Positions 1 to 11,752 of a stretch of 64,000 nucleotides of DNA are shown here, one piece after another; position 1 is the first letter of the stretch; the number at the start of each line of letters is the position of its first letter. The stretch covers positions 2,852,001-2,916,000 of the forward strand of contig NC_081331.1 of assembly GCF_022539665.2 (NCBI RefSeq), written 5' to 3'. Under the pieces are notes generated by a model, which had not been told where the DNA came from, did no database searches, and was given only the letters and a program-made list of their open reading frames with translations. The stretch comes from Daphnia carinata (Eukaryota). Both the position numbers and the translations under genes were made by a program.

Positions 1-44
1 ATGTATTTGGTAATGAATTGCTATGTTTATCGTCAACACCTCAG

Positions 45-254
45 GTACCTCAGTGACTTATTATCAGGATGCCAGTCCTAATCCAGCCCTTCAAGGTGGG
101 TCATGTTCTCATGTCCATCTCTTTATATTGGCTGGTCGAAAAAGGGAAACAGTGCCATAATAACTTAACTATCTTGTTTACAGATTTTGAACCTTTTGAC
201 CTCGAGGGTTGGTGGGGCCGTCGTCTGTACCACACGCTGACTCAATCGATTTGA
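45..254 (+). CDS. MCRIP: 3' two exons (45-95, 184-254) of an MCRIP/FAM195-family protein; 5' part lies outside the window
   Basis: The spliced translation TSVTYYQDASPNPALQ|DFEPFDLEGWWGRRLYHTLTQSI* resembles the recalled C-terminal FAM195/MCRIP motif (Y..TPNPRLQNFVPIDLDEWW). GT-AG intron at 96-183. Confidence 0.75.
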
Positions 255-2236
255 AAGCCAACGGGTCGTCAGGAGGTCTCTCAAAAAGTTCAGATGGCCT
301 GTGAAAAGAGAAATTCACTCTTTACCTCGAAGCAAAAAGCAACAAAAAAGGAAAATATAACGAGAAAAGCCTCTTAGAAATCCTGCCAGGGACACCTGGA
401 CGAAGCCGTAGAAATTGATGATTCCTTTCGTGAATTGATTATTAAATGCCCCACAATAAGAGAAGAAAAAAGGCTAGTGGGAACAGCAAAGAAAAAACAA
501 AATTCAGGTGAATCGGAATCAGTAGCTGCCATATTTCGTTTATTTAGTCGCCAAGTCTGGTAGAAGCCCTCCCTGTCTTTCCCCTCTTCTCGAAAATTCG
601 ATCCACTTAAAAACTGCTCACGTTACTGGTTTCCCCGAGTTAGTTTTGAAATAAATTTGAAGCGAGGGAGGGTGGAATAGGGTAGGCCCCATTATTATTT
701 TTTTTCCTTTTTGTTCCAAAGTTCATTTTCTACCCCAGTTTTTTTTCCGTTGGTTGTTGGTCGGAACTCATTAGAAGCATGTGATACTGGTTGGGGGAGA
801 GTGGAAGAGACAGAATATTGTGTAGTTGAAAAAAAGAAGTAAATGTGTAGTTGAAAAAAGAGGTGGGTTGTAAAATTTAAAGTCAAACGCACACCGGCCA
901 CATCTTGTGTGCCCTGCTTTCTTGGCCCTGGTCCTTTGTCTTCTAGATATCAGGTTTCGTTTTGTAGGAACCAAAAAAGGACCACATGTTTCAACCAGCG
1001 GCCATTTTGACTTACCCTTTCTACCAATTATTTGTTTTGTTTTGATTTTATTTTAAATTCATGATTTTTGTTTCTGAATGAATGTCTGAAAGCCTGTTGG
1101 TCTGATGAATAGTCGATAAGAAAAATTGTAGTTAATGGTGATGAAATGTTAAGGGAAAACATGTGACCTGATGCCCCCTCCCCATGTAATCGAAAATGTT
1201 CGGGTGTGTGAGGTCCCTAGTGAAGGTATCCAACCCACCTATCGAAGCCTTACGGATGAAGGATGTATTACGATCGCTGTTCGCTATTTGATCTGCATCT
1301 AAAGACCGTAAGACTACGATTAGGAATCTCGCACTTCACGTGGTCTGTGCCGTTTGTTGATCAGTTTTAAAAAGACGAAAGAAAAACCCATAAATCAATT
1401 TCCGTCTCATCTCCCCCTCGATCACCTCGATGTAGTCGCAATTGTTCGGTTGACAATATAAAAAATGCTATATATATACAAAAAAAAACAAGAACTTGCC
1501 GTTTCATTTCCATATCTTTACCGAAGAACTTTGAATCTTATCAACCAATATTTTCCTATTTTTTTTTTTGTTTTCCTATTTTTTTTTGTTTTTTGTTTTT
1601 TGTTTTAAAACATTGTATTTTCAGGGAAAGTTGGGTCTATCGACCTTAGCGATTTTAGGAACAGATAACGAAGGTGAAGGTAGAAAAGGGCATGGCAACA
1701 TCTAGTTTAATGCATGAAGATCAATCCCCCTATGTTAACCTGAAGGTAAGGAGTACGGACTTGGAAGTCGATCTCGTTATAAGAAAAAAAAACTAAGTGA
1801 AGAGAAAAACAAACCTGAGATGGGAGTACTGCTAGACTAATGACGCCTTTAAAGCATTTGTTTTCTATTTTCTAACCGGTTTTAACCTGCTTGACGCGCT
1901 TATGGATTGCTATAGGGCACACAGTCCAAATCAAAACATCTTTTAAGCATACTTGGATTTAACCTTAACTCGTTTTAATGTCTGCCATTGTTGTTTTTCA
2001 GAATAAATTTTCTTAAACCGAATATGTAACAGACATTTCCTGGTTTTTCATACCAAAGAAATTCTAGTTCTGTAAATGGCCGATAGATGAACTTTGCAGA
2101 CAGCCCTTGGTTGAAACATAGAAATCAAAACAAACCCTTGGACCTCGGGACGGAGCAGTGCATAACGAGATCCTGACAAATAAACAACTTCGAAATATCA
2201 ACTGGCAAACGAACAAATAGTGAAGGAACATTAGAC

Positions 2237-3705
2237 ATGGCTACAGGAGCCAATTTCGTCCTCGGTCTGGATTTAGGAACGACTTCGGTAAAAGTTTGCG
2301 TCGTAGATATCCAATCGCGCAAAGTGGTTGCCAAACAAAGTAAGGATACGCAGGCCGGCGAAGGAGCAGAACAGGACGTTTCCAAAATAATATCGGCCGT
2401 TCATAATTGCATTGGACGGATTCCGAGAGATTTACTAAAAAATGTTACAAGTATTGGTGTTTGTGGCCAGATGCATGGTGTTTTGCTGTGGAATCGAGAA
2501 ACTGCTTGGAACACATCTACTACAAATGACCGCTTTGAGTTGGGTAAGGGTCAGATTACCTCATTGTATACATGGCAAGATTCAAGGTGCACATTGGAAT
2601 TCCTAAGTGAAATACCCAAACCTGACTCTCATTTAAGAATTGCATCGGGATATGGATGTGCCACACTTTTATGGAAGTTGAAACATGAACCAGAAGAACT
2701 TTCCCTTTACAGCTGTGCAGGAACCATACAAGACTTTCTTGTAGCCATGTTGTGTGACTTGGACAGCCCAGTCATGTCCATCCAAAATGCTGCCAGCTGG
2801 GGATACTTTAGTACCCAAGAAAACACATGGAATCTGGATATCTTGAAATCAGTTGACTTTCCCATCCATCTTCTACCCAAAGTAGTTGATCCTGGTTCGG
2901 TAGCGGGTACCTTGTCGAAAGCTTGGTACGGTATCCCTCGTGGAACAGAAGTGCTGACGGCTTTAGGAGACATGCAATGCTCAGTTTTGTCTACACTTGT
3001 TAGCGAGACTGCTTGCACTGCAGTTTTAAACATCTCAACCTCTGCTCAATTATCATTCCCCATGCCAGCTGATTTTACCCCACCAAATACTCAGTCCTCT
3101 ATTGAATATTTTCCCTACTTTGACGATCGCTATCTTGCGGTTGCTGCCTCTCTTAATGGCGGTAACGTGATGGCAGCCTTTATCCGAATGTTACAATCTT
3201 GGATGCAAGACTTGGGTTTTGGAGTTCCTCAAAGCTTAATATGGGATAAAATGTTAACTCTGGTGAAGCACGCTAATTCAGCGGAACAGAGCATGACTAT
3301 TATTCCGACCCTATTTGGTGAACGTCATCTTTCTGCTGTGCCAGCTGCTGAAGTGTTCAACATAAACTCTGGGAATATTAGCCTTGGTAACGTAGCGAAG
3401 GCACTCTTTGAAGGACTTATCACCAACTTACACAAGTAATAATTTTTCGTAACCTTTCTTGATATCTTTATGGTTATGTAGAATCTGATTCCTTTTCGTC
3501 GTTTAATAGCATGATGTCTACTACACTGTTGGAACAATATGGAGTGACACAGTTAGTTGGGACAGGATCTGCGCTTAGTCGTAATCAACCTCTTCAACAA
3601 CAAGTAGCCGCCCAGTATAAAAACATTCCATTTAAAACTGTTCAAGAAGGAGATGCATCTTACGGAGCAGCTTTGGCAACGTTGGCGCCAATGTCCCCTA
3701 ATTGA
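2237..3705 (+). CDS. SHPK: Sedoheptulokinase (FGGY carbohydrate kinase family), exons 2237-3435 and 3510-3705
   Basis: Motifs LGLDLGTTSVK, GQMHGV, TWQDSRC, QNAASWGYF, ALGDMQCS, LNISTSAQL, AASLNGGN and GERH, then after a 74-bp GT-AG intron GTGSALSRN...DASYGAAL. These are characteristic of SHPK. AATAAA at 3941. Confidence 0.92.
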
Positions 3706-4108
3706 TAGAATCGTATCAATATTTTTCCATAGTCCTTTTCGACATACTTTACTTGCCATTCTTTGCCAAAATAGTTAACAGATATTACTAGGATAATCTA
3801 GCATAAATTAGCTTCGCACTAAGTCATTCACGCGCAACTTCGACTCAGCTGCACTCGCCAAAAATTTAGTATTAAATTGCGTTTAGTATTATAAGACTAT
3901 GTTGGTGTTTTTTTTTTATGTACATTTTTTTGCTCTTAAAAATAAATACGTCTGTCTAGACTTTTTGCCAACGAGCTATGAATTTATGATTATGAAAAAT
4001 GAAACGAACAAACGGTAATAAATACTGAAAGACAGAAAAGGCTTCGGAAGATTGCCATCTTGGCGGGAAGCCCATTCACCTTGTCTGCTCGCAAGAGCTT
4101 GTGAAGTA

Positions 4109-7100
4109 ATGTTATTATTTCCTCGTTTGAAATTGTTTTCACGGAGTAAACAAGTTCAGTTTAATGTTGTAGTGTTTACTAGATGTTGTGAAACGTACGC
4201 CAAATCGGCTAGTACTTGTAAGATGGTACAGGTGCGTGTTGAAACATCACGAGGAAACAATTTTTTTTTCTATTATCAGAAAATGTGTTTTGAAATTACC
4301 GATTGATCTCTGAAGGTACTGAATGTCGCTGAGAAAAATGACGCTGCCAAAAATATAGCAGAACTCCTTTCTCGCGGTAAACAATTACATTAATACATTT
4401 TTTGGGTAATAGGTTAAAGCTGAATGGTTGTTTTGTCAGGTCGCATGAACCGCAGAGAAGGAAGAAGCAAATTCAACAAAATCTATGAATTTGAACATAA
4501 CCTTTTTAACCAAACTGTAAAAATGATAGTTACTTCAGTTTCAGGCCATCTGTTGTCTTCAGACTTTGTTGGAAATTACAAGAAATGGCAAGGGATCAAT
4601 CCTGTTGCCCTGTTTGAAGCACCAATCCACAAATTCTGTTCTGAAGATTACCAAAATATTAAAAGAACCTTAGAAGATGAAACCAAAAAGAGCAAATATT
4701 TGATTATTTGGACAGATTGTGATAGAGAGGGTGAGAACATTGGCTATGAAATAATCCAAGTGTGTCAAGCAATTAAGCCCAATATTGGGGTGTTTAGAGC
4801 AAAATTTTCTGAAATTACATATCAGGTAACATGCTGTAAATTTTTGTTCACAATAAACTTTTGTACCCATTTTCAGTTTGCATTAGTCAGTAGCACGGGC
4901 ACTGCAGAATTTGGGCCCTCCTAACAAAAATGTCAGTGATGCTGTTGATGTAAGAATTGAACTTGATCTTAGAATTGGAGCTGCTTTCACAAGGTTTCAG
5001 ACTCTTAGACTTCAAAAAGTTTTCCCCAACAGTCTTGGTAGATTATTTCTTTATTTTTATATTTATTTTACTTATTAACTAATTTTTCTTTTTCTACAAG
5101 TTTTTACCTTTATGTTGTTACTTGTATAGTTAATACTATGTTTTGGTTTCCTTAAAATTTTTAGGACAATCCATGATAAGTTACGGATCTTGTCAGTTCC
5201 CTACATTAGGTTTTATCGTCGAGCGTTACAGAGCCATTGAGGATTTTGTCGATGAAAAATTTTGGAAACTGAAGGTTGTCTGGGAACTCAACGAAGAAGA
5301 ACGCGTGGAATTTCTCTGGAAAAGGCACCATTTATTCAACCAAACGGTGGTGCAAATTCTTCTTGAAAAGTATTACCACCAAGAACTTATCACAAATCAA
5401 GCGAGTTATATGTTGGTTATGTCACCATCTGTTACTTATAAGGTGTCTGGAGAATCCTGAAGCTGACATCGTCAAGGTTCAAACAAAGAACAAAAGCAAA
5501 TGGAGACCTTTACCACTGGACACTGTTGTACGTGAAATTTCCATTTAATTTATTCTTACTTTTTGCACACTTAAAAATTATGCATATATGATACAGGAAC
5601 TTGAAAAACTAGCGTCCAGGAAATTGCGGATCAACGCCAAAGAAACCATGAAAATTGCTGAAAAACTGTATACTCAAGGGTACATCAGTTATCCCCGTAC
5701 GGAAACAAATATATTTCCCAAAGAATTAGATCTCAATCCCCTAGTTCAATGTCAGGTAATTACAAATCTTTTCTAGCCAGAGAAATTTTGAATTCCACTA
5801 AAGTTTCCTATACTTAGACGGTCGATCCGTCTTGGGGAGGATTTGCGCAACGTGTATTGGACGAAGGATTGAATCCTCGCCAAGGCAAAAAATCTGATCA
5901 GGCCCATCCTCCGATCCACCCGACAAAATATGCAGGAAATTTGGCTAACGAGAATGAACGAAAACTTTACGAGTTTATCGTCCGTCATTTCTTAGCCTGC
6001 GTCAGCAAGGATGCCCAAGTAAAATAACTCCTATTTTATTATTTTTCTCGCAGTCTGTGTAAATATATCTCTGTAGGGCTATGAAACGGTTGCAGAAATT
6101 CAAATCCAAGAAGAAGGTTTTGTTACTAGCGGATTGCAAATAGTTGCAAGAAACTATTTGGAAGTATATCCCTACGAACGATGGAGTGATCGTAGTCTTC
6201 CTCTGCTCAACCAAGGCGAACGATTCACTGTATTTTGCCCGTGTTTTCTAAAAAGTTTCAAAAGACAAAATTTTAATGATAAATTCCGTTTTTCGATTCT
6301 TCTTAGCCAACATCGATAACCATGGAAGAGGGCGCCACCTGTGCACCCCAACTGCTAAGCGAAGCTGACCTGATTTCGCTAATGGAAAAACACGGTATTG
6401 GTACAGACGCCACTCACGCCGATCATATTGAGACGATCAAAGCACGACAATACGCTGGTGTGCAAGCCGATGGACGCTTCTTACCCTGTTCTTTGGGTAT
6501 GGGGCTCGTACAAGGTTACGACGCAATGGGTATCGCTCTTTCAAAGCCAAACCTTAGAGCTGAACTAGAAGCTGATTTGAAAAGGTTCTTTCAATATAAA
6601 ATTGTTATCTTCAGTACATTTGAATGTCGTAATATTTGCAGAGTGTGTGACGGAGAAAGAAGTCCGAACGAAGTTCTGAGAGAGCAGATTGATAGATACC
6701 GACAGGTTTTTGTGCAAGCCATGGAGCAGGTACGTTTACTGATTCGTTTAGTAAAAAATTATGTTAATCGAGATGCAAACCCACATATTAGGTGACCAAA
6801 ATCGATGAAGCCCTTTCGACATTCTTCGATGAAGAACGACAAGAAGCGCCAGCTCCTTATCCTGACGCGGGTCCGAATGGCAATACAACTTACTGCAGAT
6901 GTCCATCATGCAACTTGGACATCATTTTGCGGCGTAAAAAGGACAACAATGGGTTCTTTTTCTCTTGCATGGGATATCCGCAGTGTAAAATTGCTTTGTG
7001 GTTGCCGGCCACTGTACAACATGTAGAAATCGATGCGCAAACGTGCCCAACGGTCAGTTTATTATTTTTCCTATTTATTTAACTATTTATTTGCGTCGGT

Positions 7101-8315
7101 TAACAAAACTTCTTTAGTGCCCATCTCATCCGCCTCTGGTGCGTTTCAAGTTCAGCCCAGGCGCATACTCTCCATTTTATCCTGATAATCATCGCGGTTG
7201 TATTGGTGGATGTAACCCTAATTTCATTGAGCTGCTGGGCATTCGCCCACTAGCGTCGCAGCCACGAAACCAAAATAACCCTCAGTCAAATAACACGACA
7301 ACAGCAAACGAATCGCGAAATTCTTCTGGTTACGCATCAGGATCGCAAAGCTTTGCTTCTTCTGCAAATAGCACACGTTCCTCGGTCGTGGGTGTTACGA
7401 GTTCAATTCCACCTCCCAGACCTCAAGCCCAGTCTCGTCCAGCAACATCTAGTAATACTCGGATTGTATCCGGTTCTAGCAACAGAAATACGAGACCACC
7501 TGCTCCACCAGCGGCCCCCGCAGCTAACCAATCAAATGCTTCATCACAGCCGTATTTTCGTCAACCCATTCCTCTGCCGCAGAGATCTGAAAACAACAGG
7601 TAATTCTGAATTTTTATTTGGGTTTCACTTCAGTTATATACTAACTTGCATTTATGGAATTTAGTGATAGCGTGATTGTGTGTAATTGTAGCCAAGATGC
7701 TATTCTATTGACGGTTCGAAAAGAGGGGCCCAACACAGGGCGGCAGTTTTATAAATGTGCAAAACAGCAGGATGGCTGTGACTTTTTCCTGTGGGCGGAT
7801 ACTCCTGCCCCGATTCCTTCTAGCAGTGGAGCCGGGGAGCCGACATTCCGCCCACCGGCTGCCCGGAATCAACAGCCTGATGGTGGTGACTCGGAGTGCT
7901 GTAACTGCGATGGTGGTCGTGAACCTGCCACGATACGAACAACGCAAAAACCAGGCCCGAATTGCGGACGCCAATTCTATTGTTGTGGAAAACCCCGCGA
8001 AGCGCAGTGCAATTTTTTTAAGTGGGTGGACGACAATGGCGCTAGTGGAGGCGGATTTGATCAAGGTCCCCGAGAAGCTTTCGGTAGAGGAGGAGCAGGA
8101 TCCAGCCGGGGTACCACTAGTTCCAGAGGGCGAGGAAGAGGCCGTGGCCGTGGGAGCTCAAATGAATCGTCGGCCACCGGCGAAAGAAGAACAAGAAAAT
8201 GTGGAAATTGCGGTGAAGAAGGTACAGTTCGTTTATCTTTTTTCTTGTTTGCCTTTTCATGTGTCAACCTTTAATTGCAGGCCATACCAGGAATCGGTGT
8301 CCTGATATGGAATAA
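4109..8315 (+). CDS. TOP3A: DNA topoisomerase III alpha, about 15 coding exons
   Basis: Toprim motifs VLNVAEKNDAAK, TSVSGHL and WTDCDREGENIG. ELDLRIGAAFTRFQT and SYGSCQFPTLGF are present. The catalytic Tyr is in GYISYPRTET (~5690). Also HPPIHP, MEKHGIGTDAT, a C4 zinc ribbon, two GRF zinc fingers (GPNTGRQFYKC, GPNCGRQFYCC), an RGG stretch and a terminal CCHC knuckle CGNCGEEG|HTRNRC. The introns checked are GT-AG. Confidence 0.96.
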
Positions 8316-8811
8316 TATCATTTTTAATCGTCCTATCGCCCCATTTATTCAAACAGAAATTGTTTCATTGGAAGCATGACATACGTTTTGCAACCATAAG
8401 ATCAAGAAACGCTTTTTGTTCGTTTTAATTGTTTTAATTCTGATTATTTGTTGATGGGAGATGTGGCGTTATCCTGATGTGCTATTACAAAAGAAGAAAA
8501 TCATGACAAGATTTATATTACCGTGAACGTAAGTTATGGTTGAAACTGAGTGAATTGCTTTTGATTCTCAGACATTGCATGACGATAATGCGACGCTGAC
8601 AAGAATGAAGCATTCCGCAAAAAATTTTGGTTTGTCTAAACGAATCACTCGTATGGGTGTACTTGACTTGCTAACGTTTAAATCTTTTCCCCGACGACTT
8701 GTAATCTTGTCCAACAATGAATTCAGCTCCGACGGTTATCATCACCTATTCAGGTTAAACAACTGATGACAAATCATTTAATTACATAATTATAAATTTT
8801 ATATTTTCCAG

Positions 8812-9028
8812 ATGGGGGTAGCTGTTGTATAGCACTTGTGTGTTGGAGGCCAGAGTAACAGAATGATAAGGTAGCAGGCAAATGTTAGAATTTTGTGCTA
8901 TTCTGTTTTATGTAACTCGATATCGCTCTAATGTCCTGTTCGTTTGTCGCAGTGTTGCCCTTAATGGTTCGTTTTTGGTGCGTTTGACAGTGAGATATGG
9001 GATCCTACAAAAAATGTATCTAGCGCCG
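8812..9028 (+). pseudogene. Decayed two-exon remnant of a peritrophin/CBM14 gene related to genes 1 and 2
   Basis: Reads LCVGGQSNRM (gene 2 has LCVGGQSSTM) but has an upstream in-frame TAG and a mutated donor (ATG|ataag). The next exon reads CCP* where gene 1 has YCPS. Confidence 0.6.
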
Positions 9029-9640
9029 GTAAGTACTTAGTTTTTACGTTAATGCTTTGTATACTTATTACTTGATTCAGTCGTTAACTGTCTCGTATGC
9101 TACCATAACTTATCCATCTACAATCCTATTCCCTTCGGTAACGGTAACTCAAATCCGTTTTGCTCATTGATCTTGTATTTGAAGTGAGATTCCCAAAACT
9201 TTGCCCTCCACTCACAACAATGCCCTTTGTGCGAACGAGCATATGATACAAATTTGTTTTCTTTAAAAATAGAATAGCAAATAGTTACGTGCAGCATATT
9301 AAAACAAAATTAGGAGAAGTGGACATAATGCATTTTATCTTGGTTAATTACTTCTCGTCTCTAGATTCGAGCCATTACAGACATTGTTGTCCTAGGCATT
9401 TTACCTGATAATTGCGTCCTTTATTCAATGCCCCCTGCCCACCCCGAGTATTGTTTTGATCAGCAGATAACACCTTAGTTCAAAGGTGATTTCAAAGCGC
9501 GATTTTAGTGGCACCCAATGATACGTGAGTATATTAGTTAATATCAGTGTTTCTTTTTGCAGTAAGATCAATTGCTAACTTGTGTATTCACGTTGCACAT
9601 GTTGTTTAACAGCTGTTCTCATTTGTTCTATAAGAAAAAT

Positions 9641-11237
9641 ATGGTGGGACGGTGGGTGCACTTATTGTTAGTCTTTGTCGTTGTTAAAGGTACGTTTTGA
9701 TCCTTGCTATTCCTCTACTTCACTTTATAGGTAGTTGCATTTGTCTTTCCTTTTCCACCAGGCTTCTCTTGCAGAGTGTGGAAGGGATTGCCGCAAGTGG
9801 TAAGCCATTTGTTTCTTAGCAATAAAGACATCCTTTTTTGCCGTGAAATGCAACTTGGTTCAATTTGCGTCTTTAGAACTAAATTCAACGCAAGGCTTCT
9901 ATTTCCGCGTGGCTTTCATTGTAATCAAGCAGTCGCTTTGTTTTATTGGGTTCTTCTTTTTACCTGTTGAGCAGTTTGTCGAACCTAGCTGCCCGGAAGA
10001 AGAAGGCTTCTTCACTGTGGATAATCAGTGCACAAGAGAATTCCACTACTGCCTAAATGGAGATGTCATTTATGAACAGGTAAGTCAAATGCATAATATG
10101 CTGTTCCACCACATGGGCTACAATTTACATGATTCAAACGCCTAAATTGATACCATAACTAACTTAAAACCAAACGTCTTATCATGGGAACCTTGACTTT
10201 AATAGGAATGCCCGGAGCTAGACGTTTTTGATCCATTGTTGAAAACATGCGTCGACCCAGCGACTTGTTTCGGTAAATTTTCGTATAATACGTTTTTAAG
10301 TCTCATCGAACCCCTGTTTTGAATTTGTATTCGTACATCACTTAATATTTCAAACCTCGAATACTTACTGTAAACAAATCCCATTATAAAAAAACAAGCA
10401 ACGTCAATGGTTTTTTTTTCATAGATTGTCCTCCAGAAGATGGGGTACATCCTGTACCCCAAAACTGCACAGGCAAATATTATCAATGTACCAGTGGAGT
10501 ACCAGAAAAGCTGGTATTAAGAATCATGTCTTTTCGTTTGCAATCTTCTTTTCTAAACGAAAAATTCCTATTTATTACTTAAATGTAAAATGCAGAGCTG
10601 TCCTGCCGATTACATTTTTGATCCAGTGACGTATGAATGTACTCTGGCCGAGCAAGCTTCATGCGGTTAGCAACCTCTTGACTTTACGTCGTCAGAGCCT
10701 GTAGATCGTTCATAATTTTTTTGTAACATTCTGGTTTTTTTTTCAGCGGCGCGAATGCAATGCAGTGAAGATGGTTTTTTTCCATTTCCAGGTATACTGT
10801 GTATTGTAAATAAAACTCCAAATCCGCAATTAGTGAATAATGTGATTGGCAGGAGAATGTACCGCGTTGTATTTTTGCTGTGTTGGAGGCGAAAGCTTTA
10901 CGATGGTAATTTCATTTTTTAAATTTCGACACGTTCTTACTTACTATTCGTTGTTTTCCTTACACTCATCCATTTTTTAGTATTGCCCTTCAGATACGGT
11001 TTTTGACCCAAGTATTTTGACATGTGTGCCGATAGAAGCTGCGTCATGCACGCGTAAGTATACCTGATTGAATTCTCAACTATCTTTTTCGGTTTCTTTG
11101 CCACTATCTTCTCCTCTAATTGGTCAGCTGGACCGAAGACGACTACTACTGCGAAATTGACTGACAGAACTATACCCCAACCACCACTACTACTCCAATC
11201 ACAGCCATTACCACCACTACCGCATCCCAACAAGTAG
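9641..11237 (+). CDS. Peritrophin-like gene 1: signal peptide plus 3 CBM14 domains, truncated or frameshifted in the Thr-rich linker
   Basis: Ten exons: MVGRWVHLLLVFVVVK|GFSC..., then CPEEEGFF..C..YC|CP..FDP..C..C repeats. The last exon shifts out of the Thr-rich frame and stops at TAG 11235-11237. Confidence 0.8.
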
Positions 11238-11752
11238 CCTACCCAACTGCCACGAGAACTCTTACCAGCCCATTGGTAGCTTTCCAATGCCTATCGTAAA
11301 CATTGTGCTTTCGCACTACCTGTAGCAAAGAGACCAAATAACAATGTTACGTAAAGGAATGAGTTGCTGACAATGGACGGAATACCAGCTGAACAATTTT
11401 TATTGCTTACAAGTGCGTCACTGTTTAAACACACTATATGACAGTCACTGTTATGTGTTTTTTGTGTAATGTAGCCATGCCACTGAGCCTTTTCAAATAA
11501 TACTTCCTTTTGTCTCGTATCTGGGTAAGGTACACCTCCCGCCTCCCCCTCCGAAATTATTGTTTTGATCGAAAGATAACGCGTTAGTTCAAAGTCTATT
11601 TTAAAGTGTGATTTTAATGACCTCCAACGACATGCGGATAGAGTAGTTAAAATCGCGTTTCATCTTCCTGTAAGATCAATCGCTACCTGGTGTTTGCACG
11701 GTGTACGTGTCGCTTCATTCCTGCTCGTCGCCATCTGTTCTATAAGAAAAAG

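Noticed and set aside
4052..4066. CCGCCAAGATGGCAA (minus strand) at the TOP3A promoter as a CTCF or YY1 site
   Set aside because: Only a partial match that is ambiguous between factors. Too weak to call.
7705..8305. Overlapping alternative-frame and antisense ORFs in the 3' exon of TOP3A (also 58848-59518 opposite the KLF exon)
   Set aside because: Expected by-products of GC-richer coding exons, with no independent motif.
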